DNA of 64,000 nt, taken from assembly GCA_963842525.1 (NCBI GenBank), contig CAWJGT010000003.1:192001-256000 (forward strand). The letters are read 5' to 3'. The notes under the pieces are model-generated. The model made no database searches and was not told the DNA's origin. It saw only the letters and a list, made by a program, of their open reading frames with translations. The position numbers and the translations under genes are program-made. Source of the DNA: an uncultured Holophagales bacterium (lineage in GTDB: Bacteria > Acidobacteriota > Thermoanaerobaculia > Multivoradales > UBA5704). This document shows, one piece after another, positions 1-8,438 of this stretch (the first letter of the stretch is position 1; every line of letters begins with the position of its first letter).

Positions 1-265
1 TGTAGAGCCGGCGCGACTTCACGATGTCGGTCGCCGAGCCGTTCGTGAGCTGCTTGAAGATGACCGGATCCTTCTGGGCGCTCTTGTCCTCCATCACATC
101 GAACCGGACGTTGTCGGGCTGCTCGGTCTCGGAGACCTCCCAGGCGAACCCGGTGTAGCCGGAGGGAACTTCATCGGTGCTGAAGTTCCCGCTGGAGCGG
201 TGGTCCTGCCCCTTCTGGGGAGAGCCTTCGGAACGGACACTGGCGATTTGCACGCGTTCGGACAT
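1..265 (-). CDS. Small hypothetical protein (runs off the window edge), paralog of 313..636
   Basis: Not in the ORF track. Manual translation from ATG at 265 gives MSERVQIASVRSEGSPQKGQDHRSSGNFSTDEVPSGYTGFAWEVSETEQPDNVRFDVMEDKSAQKDPVIFKQLTNGS..., which aligns directly with the 107-aa ORF. An AAAGGA RBS lies upstream. Confidence 0.8.
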   Translation of the reverse strand, partial: MSERVQIASVRSEGSPQKGQDHRSSGNFSTDEVPSGYTGFAWEVSETEQPDNVRFDVMEDKSAQKDPVIFKQLTNGSATDIVKSRRLY

Positions 266-312
266 GGCTGATTTCCTTTCAGTTCCCTTGAATGTTCGAT
301 TTGTGCGGCGGC

Positions 313-636
313 TCAGTTGGTGGCGTAGACGGTCACGAGGAACGAGCTGCTGGCGCCCTTGGGATTGGCGATATAGAGCTGCCGCTTCTGCTCGATCCCG
401 GTCTGGCTGCCGTCCGTGAGGTTTTCGTAGATGGTGTGGTCCCGCGCGGCGCTGCGGTCTTCCATTACGTCGAAGCTGATCCCGTCGGGTGTGGGGACGC
501 CGGAGATCTCCCAAACGAACTTGCTGAAGCCGCCCGGCACGTCCTCGGTGCTGAAATTGCCGCTGGAGCGGTGGGACTGTCCGTCCTGGGGCTGCTTCGC
601 TGAGGTAACGCTGGCGATCTGGATCCTGTCGGGCAT
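313..636 (-). CDS. Small hypothetical protein, 107 aa
   Basis: ATG with a GAGGA RBS, normal composition, and a tandem paralog (HRSSGNFST, FDVMED motifs). Confidence 0.8.
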   Translation of the reverse strand: MPDRIQIASVTSAKQPQDGQSHRSSGNFSTEDVPGGFSKFVWEISGVPTPDGISFDVMEDRSAARDHTIYENLTDGSQTGIEQKRQLYIANPKGASSSFLVTVYATN

Positions 637-745
637 TTCGTCCTCTCTTTCTTTTCGTTGAGCGCGACCGCTCGTTCGATCAGGTAGTGGGACGAGATCG
701 CGAGCTATCGCACCCGCGGAGGAAGGAAATTTGAGGAAGGTGCGT

Positions 746-1573
746 TCAGCGGCCGGCGACCCGGAAGGGATGGCTTCCGAGATCGGCCGGCGGAGCGCCG
801 GGGCGCAGGCCCTCGACGGCGAGGCGGTAGTCGCCGGGAGGGAAGAAGCCGGCGGGGAAGGAGACCATCAGGACTTCCAGGGCGTTCGGCCGCAGCCCAT
901 CCTGGCGGAAGAGGGTGCGGCCCCGGGCGCCGGTCACGGTCACGCGGTAGCTCGCGAAGCCGGGATCGGCCCCGGCGTCCACGGCGAGGGTGACCGGGCT
1001 GCCGCGGTGGAAGGTAGCGGCCGGCTCGCCGGGCTCGTCGCGGAGGACGCTCAGGAGGAGGACGGTGGGGACCAGGGGCCGGGCCGCCTCGGGAGCCGCG
1101 TCGGTCGGCCTCTGGGCTTGCGCGAGGCGCCGCTCCAGGTCGCGGCGCTCGTCCTGCCGCTGTCGCTCGCTCGCGGCCAGACGGGCCTCGGCGTCGCGGC
1201 GGGCGGCTTCGAGCTGCCGCTGCTGCTCGGTCTGCTCCTGCCGGGCCTGCCGCAGCTCGCGGTTCTCGCCGAGGAGCCAAAGGGCCGGCAGGGCGGCGGC
1301 GGCGAGGAGGACGGCGAGGGTGAGGCCGATCTGGGCGAGCCGGCCGCGACGGGCGAGCCAGGCCAGGAGGCCCGCTCCCACCACGGCGCGGGCCGCGTCC
1401 TCGGCGGCCATGGACTGGAGCCCCCGCTGGAAGCCGCGGGCCATCTCGATCTGCTCCATGCACTGCGGGCAGGCGAAATAGTGCTCCTCGAAGCGCGTCT
1501 CCTCCTCCGGGTCCAGGAGGCCCCGGTGGTAGCGTTCGATCAGCCCGTGCTCCTCGATGTAGGCGTGGTCCAT
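746..1573 (-). CDS. zf-HC2 anti-sigma factor (Zn finger, TM helix, coiled coil, extracytoplasmic domain)
   Basis: HYFACPQC (HxxxCxxC), hydrophobic TM segment, and position directly downstream of an ECF sigma. Confidence 0.85.
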   Translation of the reverse strand: MDHAYIEEHGLIERYHRGLLDPEEETRFEEHYFACPQCMEQIEMARGFQRGLQSMAAEDAARAVVGAGLLAWLARRGRLAQIGLTLAVLLAAAALPALWLLGENRELRQARQEQTEQQRQLEAARRDAEARLAASERQRQDERRDLERRLAQAQRPTDAAPEAARPLVPTVLLLSVLRDEPGEPAATFHRGSPVTLAVDAGADPGFASYRVTVTGARGRTLFRQDGLRPNALEVLMVSFPAGFFPPGDYRLAVEGLRPGAPPADLGSHPFRVAGR

Positions 1574-1577
1574 GGCC

Positions 1578-2243
1578 TCAGCCCTTCAGCTCCCCCTTCC
1601 CTAGTGGGACGAGGAGGGCAAGTATCCCAAGAACCAGGAGGAGAGCTGTGGCGGACCGGCCGAGCCGCTCCAGATACAGCTCCTTGTAGCGCTGGCGGGC
1701 GCGGTGGAGGACGCGGTTGAACTGCAGGCTGGTGAGGCCGAAATCATTCGAGATGCGGTCCTTGTCCTCCTCGGCGATGTAGTAGCGGAGGAGGATCTGG
1801 CGGTCGCGGTCGTTGCCGAGCTCGTGGATGACCCGCCGCACCAGGGAGACGTTTTCCCGCTGGAGGATCTCGCCGAGCTGGCCGGGGAGGCGTGCGGGCA
1901 CGGTTTCGAGGGCCTCGCTGTCCGGCTCGGTCTTGCGCCGCGCGGCCTTGCGGTAGTGCTCGATGGCCAGGTTGCGGGCGATCTGGGCGAGGAAGCCGGG
2001 GAGCCTGGCGGCTTCGCGCAGCTCCCCGGCGCGCAGCTTCTCGAGCACGAGCCGGAAGGTGTCCTGGAAAAGGTCTTCGGCCTCGGGCCGGCCATTGGTG
2101 TGCCGGTCCAGGAGGATGGCCACCGGACGGCCGTACAGCTCCACCAGCCGCCCTTCGGCGTTGCGGTCTCCCGTCCGGATCCGCGCGACCAGCGCCGCCG
2201 GATCGTCCCCAGACGATGTAGTGCCCGTCTCGCGCGTTGCCAG
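1578..2243 (-). CDS. ECF-type RNA polymerase sigma-70 factor (start codon uncertain)
   Basis: Region 2 (AEDLFQDTF...IARNLAIEHYRK) and region 4 (DRQILLRYY...VLHRARQR). The ORF-track N-terminus overlaps the next gene and is probably spurious. Confidence 0.85.
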   Translation of the reverse strand: MATRETGTTSSGDDPAALVARIRTGDRNAEGRLVELYGRPVAILLDRHTNGRPEAEDLFQDTFRLVLEKLRAGELREAARLPGFLAQIARNLAIEHYRKAARRKTEPDSEALETVPARLPGQLGEILQRENVSLVRRVIHELGNDRDRQILLRYYIAEEDKDRISNDFGLTSLQFNRVLHRARQRYKELYLERLGRSATALLLVLGILALLVPLGKGELKG

Positions 2244-2289
2244 AATCGACAGCCCCTGTCGGTTGCGGGGCGCGATTCTAGCACGCGGG

Positions 2290-2745
2290 CTACCCCTCGA
2301 CCTTCGGCGACGGCGTCGTCGGCGGGGTGTCGTCGGCCCCCCAGACGCCGACCTGGTCGGGGTCGCCCCAGACGTTGCTGCCGTAGATCCCCCGGGTCCG
2401 GGTCCCGCCAAGCGACGTGATGTCGTAGCGGGAGATGTAGATCCGGAACGGCTGGTCGTTGAAGAAGCCCTTCCAGACGAGGTTGGATTCGGACAGAGCG
2501 AACTGCAGGGGTTGGCCCGTCTCGTCGCTCGTGGCGAGCACGACTTGGCCCGCGGCGTCCAGGATGGCGAAGCCGACCGCCACGAAGTAGCCGTCCGTCA
2601 GGACCGGCGGCGTGTCGCCGTATGTGCCCGTACCGATAAGGAATTGGCCGCCGACCTGCAGCAGCGGGTCTGGAGCCCCGTTGACGGGAGAGCTGGCGAC
2701 GTTGCGGATGGTGTAGGCGCCGACGAAATCCCCGATGTTGGCCAC
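2290..2745 (-). CDS. Hypothetical protein, 151 aa
   Basis: GTG start with an AAAGGAG RBS, GC3-biased codons, and co-orientation between the CHAT gene and the ECF gene. Confidence 0.75.
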   Translation of the reverse strand: MANIGDFVGAYTIRNVASSPVNGAPDPLLQVGGQFLIGTGTYGDTPPVLTDGYFVAVGFAILDAAGQVVLATSDETGQPLQFALSESNLVWKGFFNDQPFRIYISRYDITSLGGTRTRGIYGSNVWGDPDQVGVWGADDTPPTTPSPKVEG

Positions 2746-2790
2746 GACGATCTCCTTTCTGGTTTCCTGCTGGAGGATGTTTCCTTCCGG

Positions 2791-5700
2791 TCAGTGGGAC
2801 GAGGGTACAGCCTGTCCCACCTCCGGGCCGGCTTTCCAGTCCCCCTGCCAGTCTCCCTGGAGGATGAACCCGGCCCAGAACCAGGGGTCGCGCCACCGCC
2901 GCTCCTGCCGCACCGCGAGCTGTGCAGCCCGCAGCGCCGCGGCCGGAGGCAGGCCGTCCGTCCACAAGGCGCGGTAGAAGCGGGTCATGAGCGCGGCCGT
3001 GGCCCGGTCCTCCACGCGCCAGAGGCTCGCCACCACGCGTGGCGCTCCGGCGTACAGGAAGCCGCGGGTGAGGCCCACGAGCCCCTCCCCCCGCGCCTCC
3101 CGGCCGAGGGCGGTCCGGCAGCCGCTGAGCACCACCAGGTCGGCGCCCAGGCGCAGGCCATAGATGTCGCGCAGGTGGAGGAATCCCTCTTCGGGCTGCC
3201 CGTCCGGGCTTACATTCGAGAGTGCCAGGCCGGACAGGGCCGGGTGCTCGGCATCGATCACGCCGTGAGTGGCGAAATGGACGATCCGGTAGCCCGCCAG
3301 CTCACCGCCGAGAACCCGTGTCCGGCTCGCCGAGGCATCGAGCAGCACGAGAGACTGGCCCTGGGGCGCCAGGGCCGCGATCTCCTCGGCCTCCTGCCGG
3401 GAGGCCGGCAGGCGCTCGAAGCGGGCGCCGTCGTCCTCCCGCACCGCCAAGGTGGCGGGGGAGGCGGGTTGGACGCCGGCGAGCCGGGGATCGCGCGCAT
3501 CGAACACCGGGTCCGCCAGGATGGCGATCTGCCGCGGCGCCGGAGCGCGCTCCCGGAGCGTGCGCCGTTGGACTGCGAGAGCCGAAATCGAGGGCACGTA
3601 CACCACCTCGTGGCTGGCGAGGACGGGAACGCCTGACCCCGGCGCCGGCAGGGCTCCGAAGGGGATGTAGTGAAGGGCGCCATCCGCCTCGACGGCCAGG
3701 CGGCGGAAGCGCGCCAATTGGCTGGCCACGGGAGCGAGCAGCAGGCGTCCCAGCTCCGCGGCCGAGCGCGCCTCGCTCTCCCGGTCGGCGGGGTCGAAAG
3801 CGCTCAGCCCTCCATGCAGCCGGCGGGCGGCCTCCTCCAGGACGGCGCGGCCCGGCAGCTCGTAGCTGTCCAGCGAGCCGGCGGTGACCGCCCAGAGAGA
3901 GCTGCGCTCGTCGCCGAGGGCATAGACCAGGAGGAGCGTCTCCGGATCGAGGAGGGCCTGGATCCCGGCAGCGCTCAGGGGGCGGGGATGGGTGAGAGCG
4001 GCCAAGTCGGGATTGCGCTCGCGGATTTCGGCCTCGACGAGATCGAGGTCACGGAGGAGCGCACCCTGGTCATCCTCCAGGGCCGCACGGGTCTTCGGAT
4101 CGCGCTCCCGTAAGGCCCGCTCGGCCTTGGCGCTCAGGCGCTGCTGAAGAGATCTCTGGCGCTCGACCAGGGCCGCGCCGGCGCCGCTGCGGAGGTCGAC
4201 CCCGGCCTCGCCCAGCAGCTCGAGGAGCGTCCGGGCGCGGGCGCGCTCGCTGCTCTCCAGCGCCTGGCGGTCGTACCCAGCCCCGGGATCGGCCCGGTGG
4301 GCCTCCAGGAGGAGATCGCGGTGCAGATCGTAGACGTGGTAGAGGGAGTCCGAGTAGGAGGTGCGGAGGTCCGGAGCGCCGATCCGCGTCCGCACATCTT
4401 CCAGGAGGGCGAGGGCCTCTTCGGTGTGCACGCGGGCTTCGGCGGAGCGGCCCATCCGGCGCTCCAGCTTCGCCAGCTCTTCGAGCGCTCGCAGCTCTTC
4501 GGCTCGATCGTGGACGCGGCCCGCGGCCTCGCGAGCCGCCGTGAGGCTCGCCAGAGCGGCCTGGGTCTCTCCGAGCTCCCCCTGGGCTCTGCCGAGGCTG
4601 CGCCGGGCGTCCGCCTCGCGCGGCAGGTCGCCGGCGGCCTGCAACCGCTCCAGCGCCTGCGTGAGGGCCGCCTTCGCCGCGGCCGGATCGCCCAGCAACT
4701 GCCGGGTCCGGCCCAGATGGCTGAGAGCGATCCCTTCGCCCCGGCGGTCGCCGGTGGCGCGCGCGATCTCCAGCGCCTGGGTCAGGGGATCGAGCGCGCC
4801 GCGAAAATCCTGGAGCGCGATCCGCAGCTCGCCCAGGCTGATGAGCGTGAAGGACTCGCCGGCGCGGTCCCCGACCTCGCGCCAGAGTGCCAGGGCCTGC
4901 TCGTGGCTGGCGAGCGCCTGGGTGTTCTCGCCCAGCCCCCGGTAGAGCGTGCCGAGGTTGCCGAGCACCCGCGCCTGCCACCGGCGGTCCTCCACGGTCC
5001 GGAACACCTCCAGCGCGCGGCCGTACTGGGCGAGGGCTTCCTGAAAGTCGCCCAGCTCGCGCTGGAGCACGCCCAGGTTGTTGAGCGTCCGTGCCTCGCC
5101 GCGCCGGTCGCCGGTCGCCCGCATCCGTTCGAGCGCCTGTCCGTACGCCGCCAGGGCCTCCTCCGGCTCGCCGAGCACATCCCAGGCGCGGCCCAGGCTG
5201 GTGAGCGCGGCCCCTTCGAGAGCCAGCGCTCCCGCCTCCCGGAGCCGCGGCAGCGCGCGCTGGTAGCAGTCGATGCCGGCCCGCAGCTCGCCCCGGGACA
5301 GGTCCATCAGACAGAGGTTGTTCGCCGATCCCGCCTCGCCGTAGAGATCGCCGATTTTCCGCTGGATCGCGTTGGCGTCCGCGAACGACCCCCGCGCCTC
5401 GGCGACATGGCCCAGGAGCCAGAGGTCGAGCCCGATCTCGTTGCGGGTGGCGGCTTCCCAGAGGGACTCGCCGAGCTGCTGCCAGAGCGGCAGGACCTGG
5501 CGGCCGAGCTCCAGCGCCTCCCGCGTCTCGTTCGTCAGGCGGGAGAGAACGGCCAGGGCATAGAGCGTCCGGGCCTCCTCGCGCCGATCGCCCAGGACGC
5601 GCCACAGGGGGAGCGCCTCACGCCAGGCGGTGAGCGCCTTGCGGCGGGCCTCGGCCGATCCCTCGAAGTAGGCGCGCCCCGCCGAGGTCATGGCCCGCTC

Positions 5701-6123
5701 GGCGTCGCGGCGCGTGCGGTCGTCCTCGGCGGCCTGCGGCAGCTCGTCGAGCCGGATCTCGAAGCGCCCCGGCGGCGCCCCTGTCTCGCGAGCGCGCACT
5801 TCGATCCGGTAGCTCCCGGACGCCGCGGGCTCCAGCACCAGCGATTCGGCCCCCTGGCGATCGACCGGATTGTCCACCGCCACCCGCTCGCCATCCGGCC
5901 CGGTGGCCGCCAGGGCCACGTCGATCCCGCGCTGCTCCACGGTGATCCGCCAGACCCTGCCGCCGGCCAGCTCGGCCGTCCAGGTCTGGGCCTCGTCGTC
6001 GGCCAGCTCGCGCGCCACCGGCTGGCCGGGGCGCAGCGCAGCCGGGTCCGGCGCCGCGGCGAGCAGCGAGAGTCCCAGGACCAGCCGGGTCAGCAGACGG
6101 AGCGTAGGCCGGAGCATCGACAT
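2791..6123 (-). CDS. Signal-peptide TPR + CHAT (caspase-like) protease
   Basis: Many TPRs (EARTLNNLG...), CHAT catalytic motifs VHFATHG and VVLSGCRT, a C-terminal WAGF motif, and an N-terminal signal-like sequence from ATG 6123. Confidence 0.92.
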   Translation of the reverse strand: MSMLRPTLRLLTRLVLGLSLLAAAPDPAALRPGQPVARELADDEAQTWTAELAGGRVWRITVEQRGIDVALAATGPDGERVAVDNPVDRQGAESLVLEPAASGSYRIEVRARETGAPPGRFEIRLDELPQAAEDDRTRRDAERAMTSAGRAYFEGSAEARRKALTAWREALPLWRVLGDRREEARTLYALAVLSRLTNETREALELGRQVLPLWQQLGESLWEAATRNEIGLDLWLLGHVAEARGSFADANAIQRKIGDLYGEAGSANNLCLMDLSRGELRAGIDCYQRALPRLREAGALALEGAALTSLGRAWDVLGEPEEALAAYGQALERMRATGDRRGEARTLNNLGVLQRELGDFQEALAQYGRALEVFRTVEDRRWQARVLGNLGTLYRGLGENTQALASHEQALALWREVGDRAGESFTLISLGELRIALQDFRGALDPLTQALEIARATGDRRGEGIALSHLGRTRQLLGDPAAAKAALTQALERLQAAGDLPREADARRSLGRAQGELGETQAALASLTAAREAAGRVHDRAEELRALEELAKLERRMGRSAEARVHTEEALALLEDVRTRIGAPDLRTSYSDSLYHVYDLHRDLLLEAHRADPGAGYDRQALESSERARARTLLELLGEAGVDLRSGAGAALVERQRSLQQRLSAKAERALRERDPKTRAALEDDQGALLRDLDLVEAEIRERNPDLAALTHPRPLSAAGIQALLDPETLLLVYALGDERSSLWAVTAGSLDSYELPGRAVLEEAARRLHGGLSAFDPADRESEARSAAELGRLLLAPVASQLARFRRLAVEADGALHYIPFGALPAPGSGVPVLASHEVVYVPSISALAVQRRTLRERAPAPRQIAILADPVFDARDPRLAGVQPASPATLAVREDDGARFERLPASRQEAEEIAALAPQGQSLVLLDASASRTRVLGGELAGYRIVHFATHGVIDAEHPALSGLALSNVSPDGQPEEGFLHLRDIYGLRLGADLVVLSGCRTALGREARGEGLVGLTRGFLYAGAPRVVASLWRVEDRATAALMTRFYRALWTDGLPPAAALRAAQLAVRQERRWRDPWFWAGFILQGDWQGDWKAGPEVGQAVPSSH

Positions 6124-6384
6124 GTGGGCCTGGAAAGCCGGAGCACCAGGGCAGCTCGGTTCAGGATCGGGCCGATGATACACCGGACCGCCTGGTAGAA
6201 GGCTTCCGCCAGACGACACGTGGCAGTGAAGCTGTGGCTGAAGCCCCTGGCTCTCCGCCCGTGGCGGAGCCGCAAAAGCAGTGGCGGAGAGCCAGCGCCA
6301 CCTGTCTTTGGCTCAGCGCCCATGGTCGGTCGGCCTCCGGGGCCGGGAGTGGTATAGCCTCTCACCCGCCGATCGCGCGACGCA

Positions 6385-7152
6385 GTGGAGTTTCGGAGGG
6401 CCTGGGACGCCCGCGGGCTCGGCGGGGAGGCGCGAGCCTGGGTGGATCGCTGCCGCGAGGCCCTCGAAGACCGGGACGGCCAGCCGCCGGACTTCGAGAC
6501 GCCGGCTGGTGCGCTGTGGTTGTTCATGGTGGTATCCCAAGCCAATCGATCTCTTCAGGCTGGTGCTTTGGCGGAGGCCGAAGCGGAGTACGACGCGATC
6601 CGGCTAACGCTCGAGAAATCCAGCAGCGAGCAGGCAAAGAGGCGCCTCGCCGTGGCCTACCATCAGCTCGGGAGGGTGGCCGAGGATCATGGAGATCTGC
6701 CGGGAGACGAGTCGTGGTACCGCAAGTCACTGGAGATCACAGAGGCGCTGGGGGATCAGCCTGCGATGTCTATGTCCTACCATCAACTCGGGAGCGTGGC
6801 CGAGGCTCGCGGGGATCTTGAGGGAGCCGAGTCGTGGTACCGCAAGTCCCTGGAGATCGAAGAGTCGCTGGGGGATCGACCCGGTATGGCCTTCACCTAT
6901 GGGCAACTCGGCCTTCTGGCGCTAGCCCGTGGGGACACGACAGGAGCCCTGGACTGGACGGTCCGTTGCGTGGCCCTGTTCCCCGAGTTCCCCCACCCGG
7001 CGACAGGCCCGGGGCCCCACAACCTCGCCCGACTCACGGCCAACTTAGGCATGCCGGCCCTCGAAGCGAGCTGGCAGCGCTGCACGGGCGGACCGTTGCC
7101 CGAGCCGGTATGGGCGTGGGTGGCGGCGCGATTGGAGAAAAGTTCCGCCTGA
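6385..7152 (+). CDS. TPR-containing protein, probably the C-terminal remnant of a larger TPR protein
   Basis: Three TPRs (YHQLGRVAE..SWYRKSLEI repeated). No clear RBS or start, and the upstream sequence looks degenerate. Confidence 0.6.
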   Translation: MEFRRAWDARGLGGEARAWVDRCREALEDRDGQPPDFETPAGALWLFMVVSQANRSLQAGALAEAEAEYDAIRLTLEKSSSEQAKRRLAVAYHQLGRVAEDHGDLPGDESWYRKSLEITEALGDQPAMSMSYHQLGSVAEARGDLEGAESWYRKSLEIEESLGDRPGMAFTYGQLGLLALARGDTTGALDWTVRCVALFPEFPHPATGPGPHNLARLTANLGMPALEASWQRCTGGPLPEPVWAWVAARLEKSSA

Positions 7153-7290
7153 AGCGCCACCAAAGTATTGACAGGCACGACCGGATCAATAGAATCGCGG
7201 TAAGCAGTCAGAAGATCCCGGTCGATCGCAGCTCGCAGGCTGGCCTTTTTCCGGCCAACGAGACGGCGAAACCTCCTGAATTGCCACGTC

Positions 7291-7388
7291 GCCAGCCCTG
7301 AAGGGGCGACAGCATAGAGCCTGGGGCGCAAGCCCCAGGAAAGGGAGATCCCCCACAAACCCAAGCCCTGAAAGGGCGGTAGCAGACC
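7291..7388. repeat. REP-like palindromic cluster, left flank of the transposase
   Basis: agccctgaaggggcgacagcatagagcctggggcgcaagccccagg...agccctgaaagggcggtagcagacc, an inverted copy of 7848-7944. Confidence 0.8.
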
Positions 7389-7841
7389 ATGGCCAGCAGC
7401 CTCACCAATCTCCTCTACCACATCGTCTTTTCCACCAAGGAACGCGTCCCTTTGATCCATGACGATCTTCGGGAATCCCTCTACGAATACGTCGGTGGAA
7501 TTCTTCGTGCCGAACGGAGCATCCTTCTTGAGATTGGCGGCGTGGCGGACCATGTCCACCTGCTGGCGAAGTTGAAGGCGGACCTCGCGGTCGCGTCGGC
7601 GGTGCGACTCATCAAGTCAAATTCCACCGGCTGGATCAACGACAACCGAAAGATCCAAGGACGATTCGAATGGCAGTCTGGATACTTCGCGGTCTCCGTG
7701 AGCGAGTCCCGTGTGGCGGAGGTCCGCCGGTATATACAGACGCAGCAGGAGCATCATGCGCGGATCTCATTTCGGGATGAATTGATCAAGTTGCTCAAGA
7801 AGCACCGCATTGCGTTTGATGAGAAATATTTTTTGGGTTGA
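7389..7841 (+). mobile_element. tnpA: IS200/IS605-family Y1 (HUH) transposase, RAYT-like
   Basis: YHIVFSTKER, the HUH motif DHVHLL, FEWQSGY and YIQTQQEHH. GC is lower than the surroundings. Confidence 0.93.
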
Positions 7842-7847
7842 TGGGGC

Positions 7848-7944
7848 GGTCTGCTGTCGCCCCTTCGGGGCTTTTCGATGTGTGTGGGGCGTGTTCCTGG
7901 GGCTTGCGCCCCAGGCTATATGCTGACGCCCCTTCGGGGCTGGC
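7848..7944. repeat. REP-like palindromic cluster, right flank (inverted relative to the left)
   Basis: The reverse complement reads agccccgaaggggcgtcagcatatagcctggggcgcaagccccagg...agccccgaaggggcgacagcagacc. Confidence 0.8.
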
Positions 7945-7978
7945 TTTCCGGCGGTCTTGTCGCGATAGACTCCTCCTC

Positions 7979-8437
7979 ATGCCCTCCAGGTCCGCTGCCA
8001 AAGGCTGCATCTTCTGCTCGATCGTCCGCGGCGCAACCGAGGCGCTCCGGGTGTACGAGGACGAGCTGACGGTCGTCTTCCTCGACCACCGGCCTCTGCT
8101 GCCCGGGCACTGCCTGATCGTCCCGCGGACCCATGTCGAGACCCTGCCGGAGCTGCCGGACGGGCTCGTGGCGCCCCTGTTCGGCACGGCCCGCCTCCTC
8201 TGCCAGGCCGTGGAGAAGGGGATGGAGGCGGAGGGGTCGTTCGTGGCGGTCAACAACAAGATCAGCCAGAGCGTGCCGCACCTGCACGTCCACGTGGTCC
8301 CCCGCTGGCAGAAGGACGGGCTGTTCTCGGCGAAGCTGATCTGGAAGCGGAGCCCCTACAAGGACGAGGCGGAGCGGCGGGCCGTCCAGGCGAAGATCCG
8401 GCGCGCGGCTGAAGAGATCGCCGGAGAGGAGGCCTAG
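7979..8437 (+). CDS. HIT family nucleotide hydrolase
   Basis: CIFCSIV at the N-terminus and the histidine triad QSVPHLHVHVVPR. Confidence 0.93.
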   Translation: MPSRSAAKGCIFCSIVRGATEALRVYEDELTVVFLDHRPLLPGHCLIVPRTHVETLPELPDGLVAPLFGTARLLCQAVEKGMEAEGSFVAVNNKISQSVPHLHVHVVPRWQKDGLFSAKLIWKRSPYKDEAERRAVQAKIRRAAEEIAGEEA

Positions 8438-8438
8438 C

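Noticed and set aside
7291-7944. The local RAYT as the mobiliser of the CCCTCACCCC palindromic repeats
   Set aside because: Its own flanking REPs have a different sequence.
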